Origin: Acutalibacteraceae bacterium
GTDB lineage: Bacteria > Bacillota > Clostridia > Oscillospirales > Acutalibacteraceae
DNA length: 64,000 nt
Direction: 5' to 3'
Assembly: GCA_045658585.1 (NCBI GenBank)
Contig: JAZOVH010000078.1
Location: 20,234 to 84,233 of the forward strand
The position numbers were made by a program, and so were the translations under genes. The notes under the pieces are model-generated. The model was not told where the DNA came from. It searched no databases and saw only the letters and a program-made list of their open reading frames with translations. Shown here in pieces: positions 30,350-40,175 of this stretch (position 1 is its first letter; the number at the start of each line of letters is the position of its first letter).

Positions 30350-30360
30350 ATCAGCACCTC

Positions 30361-30993
30361 TTAACCGTTAATCCAGCTCTCATCGCTCGGGTTATTACGG
30401 AAAGCAATAAGTCTTTCAATATCTTCTGTTTTGATATAACCTTCTGCAGCTGCAACCTTTGCAACTGTGTCAAAATCGGTAAGGCTGATGTTCTTAACAT
30501 TCGCTGCTGCAAGTCTGTCAAGACCCTTCTGCATTCCGTAAGTGTGAATGCTTACGATACCGAGCACTTCTGCACCTGCTTCACGAAGGATTTCAACAAC
30601 CTCGATAACGCTGCCGCCTGTTGAAATAAGGTCTTCAACAACAACAACTTTCTGACCGGGGATAAGCTTGCCTTCAATCTGATTCTTTCTGCCGTGGTCC
30701 TTTGCACCTGAACGGACATAGCCCATGGGAAGACCGAGAATCTGTGCTGTGATTGCAGCGTGAGCAATACCAGCTGTGCTTGTGCCCATAAGCACTTCAG
30801 CATCAGCGAAGTTTTCTTTGATAAGCTGTGCAAGTCCGTTTTCAACGTCTGTACGAACCTTTACATCTGAAAGAGTGAGTCTGTTATCGCAGTAAACGGG
30901 GCTTTTGATGCCGCTTGCCCAGATAAAGGGCTCTTCGGGTCTGAAAAATACGGCTTTAATGGAAAGTAAATCTTTTGCAATAAGTTCTTTCAT
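30361..30993 (-). CDS. pyrE: Orotate phosphoribosyltransferase
   Basis: [29 protein letters not shown]. Confidence 0.96.
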   Translation of the reverse strand: MKELIAKDLLSIKAVFFRPEEPFIWASGIKSPVYCDNRLTLSDVKVRTDVENGLAQLIKENFADAEVLMGTSTAGIAHAAITAQILGLPMGYVRSGAKDHGRKNQIEGKLIPGQKVVVVEDLISTGGSVIEVVEILREAGAEVLGIVSIHTYGMQKGLDRLAAANVKNISLTDFDTVAKVAAAEGYIKTEDIERLIAFRNNPSDESWING

Positions 30994-31020
30994 TGTTCTA
31001 TTCTCCTCTTAATCAATTAA

Positions 31021-31719
31021 TTAACCAACAAATTCTTCAATGCATCTTTCATAAGCGGCAACGGGATCTTCTGCAGCTGTTATGGGTCTGCCCACAACAA
31101 TATAATCCGAGCCGATTTCCTTTGCCTGAGCGGGAGTTGTAACTCTTACCTGGTCACCGATATCTCCGCCTGCAAAGCGAACACCGGGAGTAACTGTTAC
31201 AAAATCATCGCCGCACTGTGCGTGAACCTTGCCTGATTCAAGGGGTGAGCAAACAACGCCGTCAAGGCCTGCTTTCTTTGCGTTGAGTGCATAATGCATA
31301 ACAACCTCATCAAGGGGCTTGCTGATGAGAAGGTCGTTTTCCATTCTTTCCTGGCTTGTTGATGTAAGCTGTGTTACCGCAATAAGCATGGGGCGGGTGC
31401 CGTCGGGTCTTGTGAGACCTTCGATTGCTGCTTCCATCATTGCAACCGTACCGCCTGCGTGAAGGTTGCACATATCAACATCAAGTCTTGAAAGCACAGA
31501 CATTGCCTTCTTGACTGTGTTGGGAATATCGTGAAGCTTGAGATCAAGGAAAATCTTATGTCCTCTTGCTTTGATTTCTCTTACGATTTCGGGACCTTCA
31601 GCATAGAAAAGCTCCATACCGATTTTAACAAAAGGCTTTCTGCCTGTGAACTTATCAAGGAAATCAAGAACTTCCTTCTTGCCCGCGAAATCGCAGGCGA
31701 TAATTACATCCTTACCCAT
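31021..31719 (-). CDS. pyrF: Orotidine-5'-phosphate decarboxylase
   Basis: [32 protein letters not shown]. Confidence 0.96.
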   Translation of the reverse strand: MGKDVIIACDFAGKKEVLDFLDKFTGRKPFVKIGMELFYAEGPEIVREIKARGHKIFLDLKLHDIPNTVKKAMSVLSRLDVDMCNLHAGGTVAMMEAAIEGLTRPDGTRPMLIAVTQLTSTSQERMENDLLISKPLDEVVMHYALNAKKAGLDGVVCSPLESGKVHAQCGDDFVTVTPGVRFAGGDIGDQVRVTTPAQAKEIGSDYIVVGRPITAAEDPVAAYERCIEEFVG

Positions 31720-32630
31720 TAGTGTGAACCTCCTATAATATCTTTTAAACTTGTAATGCCGTATTTTTCCATAACAGACGGCAATTCATTAACTATATCT
31801 CTGCAAACAAAGGGGTCAATAAGGTTTGCGGCACCAACCTCAACAGCGGTTGCACCCGCAAGCATCATTTCGATAACATCCTTTGCCGATGAAACGCCGC
31901 CCATTCCTACAATGGGAATTTTAACGGCTTCATAAACCTGATAAACCATTCTGAGCGCAACGGGGAAGATTGCACTGCCCGAAAAACCGCCCATTTTATT
32001 TGCTATAACGGGTTTCTTTGTTCTTAAATCAATTCTCATTCCGAGAAGAGTATTGATAAGGCTTATTCCGTCTGCGCCCGCAGCTTCGCAAGCCTTTGCA
32101 ATTGCTGTTATATCCGTAACATTGGGTGAAAGCTTGATTATAACGGGCTTCTTTGTTACGGCCTTAACGGCAGAGGTTACCTTTGCCGCCATTTCGGGGC
32201 TTGTGCCAAAGCTCATTCCGCCGCCGTGAACGTTGGGACAGCTTATATTAACCTCAAGCCAGCCAACCTGCTCACACTCATCAAGCATAGCGCAGGTTTC
32301 TGAATATTCCTCAAGCGAAAATCCGCTTACATTAGCCATAACGGGCTTTGAGAAGCATTTTTTAAGCTTGGGAAGTTCTTCGCTTATAACCTTTTCAACG
32401 CCGGGATTCTGAAGACCTACAGCGTTTATCATTCCGCTTGGTGTTTCCGCAATTCTGGGAGTGGGATTGCCGAAGCGGGGTTCTCTTGTTGTTCCCTTAA
32501 AAGAGAAAGAACCGAGGCAGTTTATATCATAAAGCTCTGCAAATTCATAGCCGTAACCAAAAGTTCCGCTGGCGGGAATAAGAGGATTATCAAGCTCTAT
32601 GCCGCAAAGTTCAACCTTTGTGTTTACCAT
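31719..32630 (-). CDS. pyrD: Dihydroorotate dehydrogenase 1B, catalytic subunit
   Basis: [42 protein letters not shown]. Confidence 0.95.
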   Translation of the reverse strand: MVNTKVELCGIELDNPLIPASGTFGYGYEFAELYDINCLGSFSFKGTTREPRFGNPTPRIAETPSGMINAVGLQNPGVEKVISEELPKLKKCFSKPVMANVSGFSLEEYSETCAMLDECEQVGWLEVNISCPNVHGGGMSFGTSPEMAAKVTSAVKAVTKKPVIIKLSPNVTDITAIAKACEAAGADGISLINTLLGMRIDLRTKKPVIANKMGGFSGSAIFPVALRMVYQVYEAVKIPIVGMGGVSSAKDVIEMMLAGATAVEVGAANLIDPFVCRDIVNELPSVMEKYGITSLKDIIGGSH

Positions 32631-33358
32631 ATGATTTCCTCCTTTTCAAGAACGGGACCGTCCTTACAGATTCGTTTATTGCCGTATTTTGTTTTGCATG
32701 AGCAGCCCATGCATGCACCGAAACCGCAGCCCATACGCTCCTCAAAGCTGAACTGACCCGATGTTTCGCTTGCGTTATAAATTGCTTTAAGCATCGGTTC
32801 GGGACCGCAGGTGAAAATATGTGTATATTCACCGACTGCTTCAAAAGCATTTGTTACAAAGCCCTTTATGCCGTATGAACCGTCTGCGGTTGTAACATAA
32901 ACATCTGCACCGAGAGCTTTGAATTCGTTTTCATAGAAAATTTCGGATTCTGTGTTAAAACCGAGAATAACCTTAACCTTTTTGCCCTGTGCCGCAAGTC
33001 TTTTTGCAAGAGCATAAAGAGGAGGCACGCCAACGCCGCCGCCGATAAGAAGAGGAGCATCACCGCTTTTTTCCATATCATAGCCGTTGCCCAGACCCGT
33101 AAGCACATCAAGCTCTGCACCGTTTGCAAGCTTTGACATATATTCGGTTCCTTCGCCTACAACCTTATAAATTATTTTAAGCTCGCCCTCTGCAAAATCG
33201 CATACCGAAATGGGTCTGCGAAGATAAAAACCGTCAAGCTTGATATTGACAAACTGACCTGTTGCAGTTATATCGGAAGTGTCACCGCCGAGTATCATTT
33301 CATAAACATTCGGAGCAATGCACTTGTTTTGTTCAACCGTAAAAATACTCTGTTTCAT
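32624..33358 (-). CDS. pyrK: Dihydroorotate dehydrogenase electron-transfer subunit
   Basis: LRRPISV, GGGVGVPP, CGPEPML, MGCGFGACMGC, CKDGPV. Confidence 0.95.
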   Translation of the reverse strand: MKQSIFTVEQNKCIAPNVYEMILGGDTSDITATGQFVNIKLDGFYLRRPISVCDFAEGELKIIYKVVGEGTEYMSKLANGAELDVLTGLGNGYDMEKSGDAPLLIGGGVGVPPLYALAKRLAAQGKKVKVILGFNTESEIFYENEFKALGADVYVTTADGSYGIKGFVTNAFEAVGEYTHIFTCGPEPMLKAIYNASETSGQFSFEERMGCGFGACMGCSCKTKYGNKRICKDGPVLEKEEIIW

Positions 33359-33362
33359 TTTT

Positions 33363-34634
33363 TCACTCCTCTATCAATTCTCCGCTTGTCCATGCAATTT
33401 TTCCGTTGCAAAGAGTCAGCACGCATTCACCCTGAACGGTATCACCCTCAAACGGAGTGCTCTTTCCCATTGAAAGAAACTCTTCGGGATTAACCGTATA
33501 TTCTTTGTCAAGATTAAAAATTGCAAAATCAGCACATTCGCCGCTCTTTATTCCGCCGCCGAGATTAAATCTCTTGCAGGGATTGGTGTGCATAATCTCA
33601 ACCAGCTTTTCAAGGCTGATAATGCCCGTTTTAACAAGATTTTTATAAAGCACGGGGAATGCAGTTTCTATACCCACAACTCCCATCGGGCTTTTTTCAA
33701 GACCCCTGCTCTTTTCCTCTGCGGAATGGGGAGCGTGGTCTGTTGCAATCATATCTATCGTGCCGTCGCAGATACCTTCAACCAAAGCTTTTCTGTCTTC
33801 TGCCGAGCGAAGGGGCGGATTCATTTTGAATCTTGCATTTTCCTGAAGGCAGGAATCATCAAGCACAAGATAATGAGGGCCCGTTTCGCAGGTTATATCA
33901 AGACCATCTTTTTTAGCTTGTCTTATAAGCTCAACGCTTTCTTTTGTTGAGATATGGCAAACATGATATGCACAGCCCGTTTCACGCACAAGCTCAATAT
34001 CTCTTTTTATCTGACCCCACTCGGATTCGGAGCAGATTCCTCTGTGGCCGTGTGCTTTTGCATATTCGCCGTCATGAATATATCCGCCTTTCAAAAGGCT
34101 GTTATCTTCGCAATGGGCGGCAATTATTTTGCCGAGCGTTTTTGCTTTGAGCATTGCTTTTTTCATCATTTCGGGGTTCTGAACACCCTTGCCGTCATCC
34201 GAAAAGCCCGCAACATCGCCCGCCATTGCTTCCATATCCGAAAGCTCTTCGCCGTTCTGACCAACTGTTATTGTTCCGTAAGGAATAACTTTGATTGCGG
34301 CATCTTTTTTTATTGCATCAAGCTGAACCGCAAGATTTTCTGTGCAGTCAGGCGTTGGATTGAGATTTGGCATTGAGCAGATTTTTGTGTATCCGCCGTG
34401 AGCCGCCGCAAGAGAACCGCTTTTTACGGTTTCTTTATAAACAAAACCCGGCTCCCGCAAATGAACGTGAACATCTGCAAGACCGGGAATAATATAATAT
34501 CCTTTGCAATCAATAACAACTGCATTATCGGAGCAAGAACCTGCATCTGCAAACACTTCGCCCGAAACAAATAAATCTTCATTTACAAATCCGTTTTCAC
34601 GAAAAACTTTGCAGTTTTTGAAAATATAGCTCAT
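33363..34634 (-). CDS. pyrC: Dihydroorotase
   Basis: DVHVHLREPG, MPNLNP, AHCED, KMNPPLR, ATDHAPH. Confidence 0.96.
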   Translation of the reverse strand: MSYIFKNCKVFRENGFVNEDLFVSGEVFADAGSCSDNAVVIDCKGYYIIPGLADVHVHLREPGFVYKETVKSGSLAAAHGGYTKICSMPNLNPTPDCTENLAVQLDAIKKDAAIKVIPYGTITVGQNGEELSDMEAMAGDVAGFSDDGKGVQNPEMMKKAMLKAKTLGKIIAAHCEDNSLLKGGYIHDGEYAKAHGHRGICSESEWGQIKRDIELVRETGCAYHVCHISTKESVELIRQAKKDGLDITCETGPHYLVLDDSCLQENARFKMNPPLRSAEDRKALVEGICDGTIDMIATDHAPHSAEEKSRGLEKSPMGVVGIETAFPVLYKNLVKTGIISLEKLVEIMHTNPCKRFNLGGGIKSGECADFAIFNLDKEYTVNPEEFLSMGKSTPFEGDTVQGECVLTLCNGKIAWTSGELIEE

Positions 34635-34654
34635 ATTCCGACTCCGTTCAAATT

Positions 34655-34775
34655 TATAAAATAAAGACCTTGCCGCAGCAAGGTCTTAAATGAACTGTCA
34701 CTGATAAAGTATATTAAAACCTTGTCGGCATTTCTGTATCTAATATACTATATCATTTAGTATTTAATAAGTCAA
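34655..34775 (-). promoter_or_regulatory. pyr promoter and leader attenuator
   Basis: TTGACT(34775-34770)-17-TATAGT(34752-34747); terminator hairpin 34687-34664 with U tract; upstream segment 34729-34715 is complementary to the terminator 5' arm. Confidence 0.7.
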
Positions 34776-34792
34776 GTATAATATAAAATATA

Positions 34793-36544
34793 TTACTCAA
34801 TAAGAACAGCAGTTTTTACGCCTTTTGAATACGGCAGTTCTCTGTCATTATATGACATATTAAGTCCGCCGGGGTTGCAGGTTATGGTGTTGCCGATGAC
34901 GCTTCCGTGAATATCAAAATCGCCCGATGCAAGAGCAACATTGCCTTTTGGCGCATAGATTATGCCCCATAAATCAAAGCCGCCCTGCTGGGAAGACAGC
35001 GTTATATCTCCTTTTCTTGAATAGATTGAAAGCGTTGCACCTGCTTCGTTATATGTATGGGTGCTGCCGCCGATTTTTATATCATCTTCCGCAATCATAC
35101 AGCCGCTGAGCGTTATTCCGCTTGAGCCCTGATTGGTTGATAATGAACCGCCGCTGTAAACAATGCCTTTGAGCATATATGTTCCCTGACCCGAAAGACT
35201 TAAGCCGCCTTTTCTGTTATATAAATCGCCGTTAAGAGTGAAAGGTCCGCTTATATCGGTTACCGTATCATCGGAAGATGCGTTTTTTCCGTAAACAAAT
35301 ATATCGCCGTTAACGGTTGTGCCGCCGCTCTGAAATTTCAATGTTTCATAAGCATAAACATTGCCTTTGATTGATAATGAAACACTGCCTTGCTTATCAA
35401 AATTACCCATACAGTAAACGGGCCCGTTGAAGTTTGTGTTGCCATTGAGCAAAATGTTTCCGCCAACATATGTTTCGCAATCGCAACTTAAAATATATGT
35501 TGAGCCTCTGGTGAGGTTTCCGCCTGTGTAAAAATATTCGCCGTAAACATTGGTGTTGCCCTGCAGAGTTGTATTGCCCTCAACATAGAGGTTCCCTCCG
35601 ACCTTGAAGCTCTTATCCCATTGCGTGGTAAGATTTCCGCCTATATAAACATTACCCGTAACATAGACAGGGCATTGCGGGTTGAAATCGCCCTCGATAT
35701 ACATATCTCCGTAAACCGTCATAAGCTCGGAGCTGTATCCCGTTGAAAGTGTGCCCGCACAATAGGTGCTGCCATTGATGCTTAAAACCGAATTCAGCGT
35801 TGTGCCCGCCGCATATCTGAAAAGATAGAATGAATTTTTGCCGATGTGAGAATAAGATTTGTTATACATATTCTCTTCAACAGCAGGAACAACCGCCATT
35901 ATCGTTTCATCAAAATCGGGCATTTTCTGATACGTAACATTGCTTTCAAGGCGGTTAACCGAAACGCTGTATTGGTTTACCGTGGCTTGCTGTGCAGAAA
36001 AAACCGTTCCCGAAATACTGCTTCCGCTTCCACCATCGGCGTGAACATTGCCGTTGCCGAAAACGCTGCCGCCGATGTTATAGTGACCGCCCAAATTGAA
36101 CTGTGTTCTGTCGCCGTGAAACATAAGATAATCAAAATTTATTGCCATATTCTTATCAACAAATTTTGCCGCCGCCCTGGCATTTATCTGAACGCTGTCA
36201 ACATCAAAAAGACTTGCAAAAATCGTTTTTCCCTCTCTTGAATCAGAAACACGGACTATCTCATCCGTCGGGAATTCAACAACAACATTTTCAGTTGAAA
36301 AGCCGTTTTTTTCAACATATTCCAGAGCAACGGCATTAGCCTTCGTTTTATCGGGCATATATCTTACCGCTGCAAGCGCCGCGGCATCCATTGCGCTCTG
36401 AAGCTGACTTTTCTGATGATATTTTAAACCCATATCGGTAACAAGAGAAACCACCGAAAGAAATGCAACAAGGCTCAACGCAGCAATAACCATTGCCGCA
36501 CCGTCTTCTGCTTTTGCAAAACGTTTGAATTTCTTGAAAAACAT
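34793..36544 (-). CDS. tadG: TadG-like minor pilin/adhesin with a long beta-solenoid repeat region
   Basis: Prepilin-like N-terminus (AEDG-AAMVIAALSL...DMG...LQSAMDAAALAA) followed by repeats such as GDMYIEGD, GNVYIGGN, GNLYVEGN and a C-terminal GIIYAPKG. Confidence 0.75.
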   Translation of the reverse strand: MFFKKFKRFAKAEDGAAMVIAALSLVAFLSVVSLVTDMGLKYHQKSQLQSAMDAAALAAVRYMPDKTKANAVALEYVEKNGFSTENVVVEFPTDEIVRVSDSREGKTIFASLFDVDSVQINARAAAKFVDKNMAINFDYLMFHGDRTQFNLGGHYNIGGSVFGNGNVHADGGSGSSISGTVFSAQQATVNQYSVSVNRLESNVTYQKMPDFDETIMAVVPAVEENMYNKSYSHIGKNSFYLFRYAAGTTLNSVLSINGSTYCAGTLSTGYSSELMTVYGDMYIEGDFNPQCPVYVTGNVYIGGNLTTQWDKSFKVGGNLYVEGNTTLQGNTNVYGEYFYTGGNLTRGSTYILSCDCETYVGGNILLNGNTNFNGPVYCMGNFDKQGSVSLSIKGNVYAYETLKFQSGGTTVNGDIFVYGKNASSDDTVTDISGPFTLNGDLYNRKGGLSLSGQGTYMLKGIVYSGGSLSTNQGSSGITLSGCMIAEDDIKIGGSTHTYNEAGATLSIYSRKGDITLSSQQGGFDLWGIIYAPKGNVALASGDFDIHGSVIGNTITCNPGGLNMSYNDRELPYSKGVKTAVLIE

Positions 36545-36571
36545 AGCGGCATCTCCTTTCCGATGCTTGTT

Positions 36572-37600
36572 TTAAACCGATTGAATATCATTGAGCGACT
36601 GCTTGATTTGCTCCATCTGCTTTGCCATTTCGGAAAGAATTATTTCCGCCTGACCGATGTGGTAATTATGAAGCTGAAGCTCCTTTTGCATAGCAAGCTT
36701 ACTCTTTGCCCGCTCGCTTTCCATTGAATTTATTTTTTCAGCATATTCATATGCCTGCGTTTTGTTTGCATCCTTAAGATTTGATATTTCTGTTTCTTTT
36801 TCTGCAATCCGCTTTTCAAGCACACTGTTTTTAACTTCGGTTTCAGAATTTTTCTTCTTTATCTCATCAAGCTCTTCCGAAACATTTTTTAATTCTTCGG
36901 TCTTTGTTGTTAACGCCTCATTTATGCTGATGATTTCAGCTTCCTTTGATGCGTTTTCTGCCTTTGAAAGCTCAAGCTGACCCGCAATCAGATTATACTC
37001 TTCAAAAAGAGCATTATATTTCTGCGAAACTGCAAGCAAACCCGCATTTTCTCTTTCGAGGCTGTCTGCCTTTATTCCGATTTGCGTTTTCTCGGCTTCA
37101 AGGGCGGTTATTCTCGAAACATAACCTTCAACAGATTTATTGTTATTCTGCTCCGCAAGCAGTTTAAGCTGAGCTTTTTCGGCTTCTGCCTGCTCAAGCT
37201 TTGCTTTAAGGCTTGCAATTTCAGCCTCATATGCGGCAGAATTATCCTCTTTTTCTTCCGATATGAATTCTTCTTTCTTATTTTCTGTTGCGGCATCAAG
37301 CTTTGCCTTGGTTTCTCTGAATTTCTCATTGAGAGAATCCCTTTCTCTGTTTGAAAGCACAAGCTCCTCTTTCATTGAAGAAAGCTTCGATTCGTGCATT
37401 CTGGATGAGGATTCGTGCATAAGATTAAGCTCCGCTATATAAGCCGCAACCTCTTCGGGGTCATAGCCGTAAATCACTTTTTTAAAAGGATATTCGGCTG
37501 TCTCCTTTTCTTTTTTATCGGAGGGATTGATTTTTTCTGTCTGAACAGACTTATTCTTTTGCTTATTCTCTGCGGTAACTTCATTTTTTGCTTTTTTCAT
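36572..37600 (-). CDS. DivIVA-domain coiled-coil protein
   Basis: FKKVIYGYDPEEVAAYIAEL matches the DivIVA N-terminal motif; the remainder is E/K-rich coiled coil. Confidence 0.65.
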   Translation of the reverse strand: MKKAKNEVTAENKQKNKSVQTEKINPSDKKEKETAEYPFKKVIYGYDPEEVAAYIAELNLMHESSSRMHESKLSSMKEELVLSNRERDSLNEKFRETKAKLDAATENKKEEFISEEKEDNSAAYEAEIASLKAKLEQAEAEKAQLKLLAEQNNNKSVEGYVSRITALEAEKTQIGIKADSLERENAGLLAVSQKYNALFEEYNLIAGQLELSKAENASKEAEIISINEALTTKTEELKNVSEELDEIKKKNSETEVKNSVLEKRIAEKETEISNLKDANKTQAYEYAEKINSMESERAKSKLAMQKELQLHNYHIGQAEIILSEMAKQMEQIKQSLNDIQSV

Positions 37601-37610
37601 TTCAAATCCC

Positions 37611-37958
37611 TCACATTCTTATTTCAAGAATATCGCCTTCGCTTATTCCGAATTCCGATGCCGCGAACGCTTTCATTTCAATAACACTTTTTGCGTTTTT
37701 AACCGTTTTGCACACCTTGCCCGGCTGAACATTTTCTTCAATCTTAACCACTTCACCCGAACGCGAAAGATAAACAACATCAATTGCAAATTTCATATTA
37801 AGCATATGAATCTGATTGCAGGGCTTTATGTGTAAAGCATAATCATCGGCTATGCTTTTTCTGAACATCAGCCCTTTGAAACGCTTTAAAAATGAATATG
37901 CAGTTTCTGCGTTTTCGGTTATCGGATTCCCGTTTTTTAAAAGAATTGCTTTTTTCAT
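37611..37958 (-). CDS. DUF192 family protein
   Basis: RFKGLMFR, PCNQIHMLNMKFAIDVVYL, SVIEM. Confidence 0.88.
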   Translation of the reverse strand: MKKAILLKNGNPITENAETAYSFLKRFKGLMFRKSIADDYALHIKPCNQIHMLNMKFAIDVVYLSRSGEVVKIEENVQPGKVCKTVKNAKSVIEMKAFAASEFGISEGDILEIRM

Positions 37959-37965
37959 AAAAACC

Positions 37966-38889
37966 TCAAAATGTTTCAAGAATATTCATTACCGTTGGCC
38001 CCATCAGAATAATAAACACAACGGGGAAAACAAACAAAAGCATAGGAACAAGCATCTTGATTGATGCTTTCATTCCTTTTTCTTTCGCCTGCTGGCTTCT
38101 TTCAATACGAAGCTGTTCGGACTGCGCTTTCATAACATTATTAATGGGAATACCAAGCTGTTCTGCCTGAACAAGAGCAGATGCAAACGTTTTGAGTTCA
38201 TCAAGATTGGTCGCCTCGCAAAGATTCTGAAGAGCCTCCCTGCGGGTTCTGCCCATCTGTATTTCTCGGTAAACGATAAGCAGTTCATCAATGAAAGGCC
38301 CGCTCAGTTTCTGCGAAACTTTAAGAAGTGCGGCATCAAAGCTCAAGCCCGCTTCAATGCAAACGCAAAGCAAATCCATTGCATCGGGAAGCTGCTTTTT
38401 TATTCCCGCCTGATGGCTTGAAACTCTTGACCTCAGATACATTGTGGGGCCCATAATACCGAGAAGCGCTCCGCACATAAGCACAAGAAGCATTATTATC
38501 GGCTCCATATCAACCGCCACAATAATTATGAGTGTAAGAAAAATAACACCGATTAAAAATGCATATTTTATGAACTGAAAATCCGAAGGCTCCATAAAAA
38601 TGCCCGCATAGCGAAGCTGTTTTTTTATTGCTTCAAGTGTTTTGTTCTTATTTGCATTTTTCTTTTTGGGAGCAAATCTGCTGAGCTTTTCGGAAATTTT
38701 TTTAATTCCTTTGCCGAGAAATCTTTCGTAAAATGAAAGCTGGAGTTCCTGAAAAGCAGGCTGACCCACGGTATTGTTTATTTTATCGATTCTGCTCTGT
38801 TTCTTATCGTTCTGCATTCCTCGGTGAGAGGCAATGATAACAACCAGAATAAAAGCTAAAAACGAATATGCAATAACAAGAAATTCCAA
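37966..38889 (-). CDS. tadC: Tad pilus platform protein TadC (T2SS F family)
   Basis: LPDAMDLL..IEAGLSFD, QAEQLG, KMLVPM; TTG start with GAGGTG RBS. Confidence 0.9.
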   Translation of the reverse strand: MEFLVIAYSFLAFILVVIIASHRGMQNDKKQSRIDKINNTVGQPAFQELQLSFYERFLGKGIKKISEKLSRFAPKKKNANKNKTLEAIKKQLRYAGIFMEPSDFQFIKYAFLIGVIFLTLIIIVAVDMEPIIMLLVLMCGALLGIMGPTMYLRSRVSSHQAGIKKQLPDAMDLLCVCIEAGLSFDAALLKVSQKLSGPFIDELLIVYREIQMGRTRREALQNLCEATNLDELKTFASALVQAEQLGIPINNVMKAQSEQLRIERSQQAKEKGMKASIKMLVPMLLFVFPVVFIILMGPTVMNILETF

Positions 38890-38908
38890 AAAGCTTCACC
38901 TCTCTTTC

Positions 38909-39183
38909 GCGTGGCGAATAAAATCCGGACCGTGTTTTTTGTCGGATAATTTTCGCCACTTCTTCGTTAAAATACTCGCAAATCCACAAAGGATTTGCTG
39001 CGTTTTGTGCCTTGAATTGTCTGAAAATCCTCTCGACAAAAAATCTTCGACCCGAAAGCGAAGGATTTTCAGATGATTTTTGGATGTTGAGGATGACGAC
39101 AGGCTGATGCCTTTCTAATCCGAAACGCCGAAAAGCATCGAAAAGACTCGTTTTCGGGCAGGTTCGGATTTTATTCGCCACGC
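38909..39183. mobile_element. 275-bp MITE-like element with 23-bp terminal inverted repeats
   Basis: GCGTGGCGAATAAAATCCGGACC (38909-38931) vs reverse complement of 39161-39183 matches 22/23; internal hairpins; no transposase. Confidence 0.7.
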
Positions 39184-40175
39184 TAATACTCTATTGTTAC
39201 AACCTTTCTTATTGCGAAGAAGCCGAGCACTTCCATTACCACCGAAACCGCAAGCATTATATTGCCCGCCGTTGTGGTGAAAAAGGTTGACATATAATCG
39301 GGATTAATAACCATAAGTATTGCCGCAATACATATCGGGAGCGCGCCGATAATCATACCTGACATTCTTCCCTGCGCGGTGATTGCGCTTATTTCACCTT
39401 TGATTTTAATTCTGTCTCTTATGGTTTCGGAAATGGTTGAAAGAATTTCGGAAAGATTGCCGCCCGTTGTTCTCTGAATAAGAACAGCCGAAACAACAAG
39501 CATAAGGTCGGCACTTTTTACTCTGTCAACCATATTATTGAGTGCATCGTCAAGCGTTGCACCGAATCTTATTTCATTGCAGACTCTGCCGAATTCAACG
39601 CCGATCGGTGCAGGCATATCGTTTGCAACATTTTCCATTGCCTGCTGGAACGAAAAACCCGAACGAAGTCCGTTACACATCATTATCAGCGTGTCGCCGA
39701 GCTGAGCCTCAAAAGCTTTTATTCTCTTGCCTTTTTTAATTTTTATATAAAATATCGGCAAGAATGCTCCAACCGCCGCAAGAGTTACCGAAGGCATCAG
39801 ACCCGCCTGAAAAAGAGCTGCAAGACCGGCGGGAACAAAGGTTAAAATGAGCCATATCATACTGAATTCTTCAGGCTTCATCATTATATCGGCAAGGATG
39901 AGTTCATTAAAAATCGTGTCCATAAGTTTTTTGCGCTTAACGGACTGCTTGCCGTCGCCGTTTGTTGCTCTTTTCAGGATTGATGACTTGCGTTTTTTCT
40001 GTTTTTCCTGAATCTGAAGAGAGAGGTTGCTCTGCTTGTTTGCAATTCTGTTCAGCCTCTTTTCAACATCGCGGCGGCCTTTTGTCATTGTGCCCGCAAC
40101 GCTGACCCAGAGAAAAAATCCGAAAAGTCCGAAGGAGACGGAAAGAATTATTATACTAATCTGCAAACCATTCAT
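39183..40175 (-). CDS. tadB: Tad pilus platform protein TadB (T2SS F family)
   Basis: LRSGFSFQQA, IQRTTGGNLSEIL, TAQGRMSG. Confidence 0.9.
   Translation of the reverse strand: MNGLQISIIILSVSFGLFGFFLWVSVAGTMTKGRRDVEKRLNRIANKQSNLSLQIQEKQKKRKSSILKRATNGDGKQSVKRKKLMDTIFNELILADIMMKPEEFSMIWLILTFVPAGLAALFQAGLMPSVTLAAVGAFLPIFYIKIKKGKRIKAFEAQLGDTLIMMCNGLRSGFSFQQAMENVANDMPAPIGVEFGRVCNEIRFGATLDDALNNMVDRVKSADLMLVVSAVLIQRTTGGNLSEILSTISETIRDRIKIKGEISAITAQGRMSGMIIGALPICIAAILMVINPDYMSTFFTTTAGNIMLAVSVVMEVLGFFAIRKVVTIEY

Noticed and set aside
38804-39181. 125-aa and 80-aa ORFs across the IR element as a possible transposase or small protein
   Set aside because: No DDE, HUH or recombinase motifs; they overlap tadC and have no clear RBS
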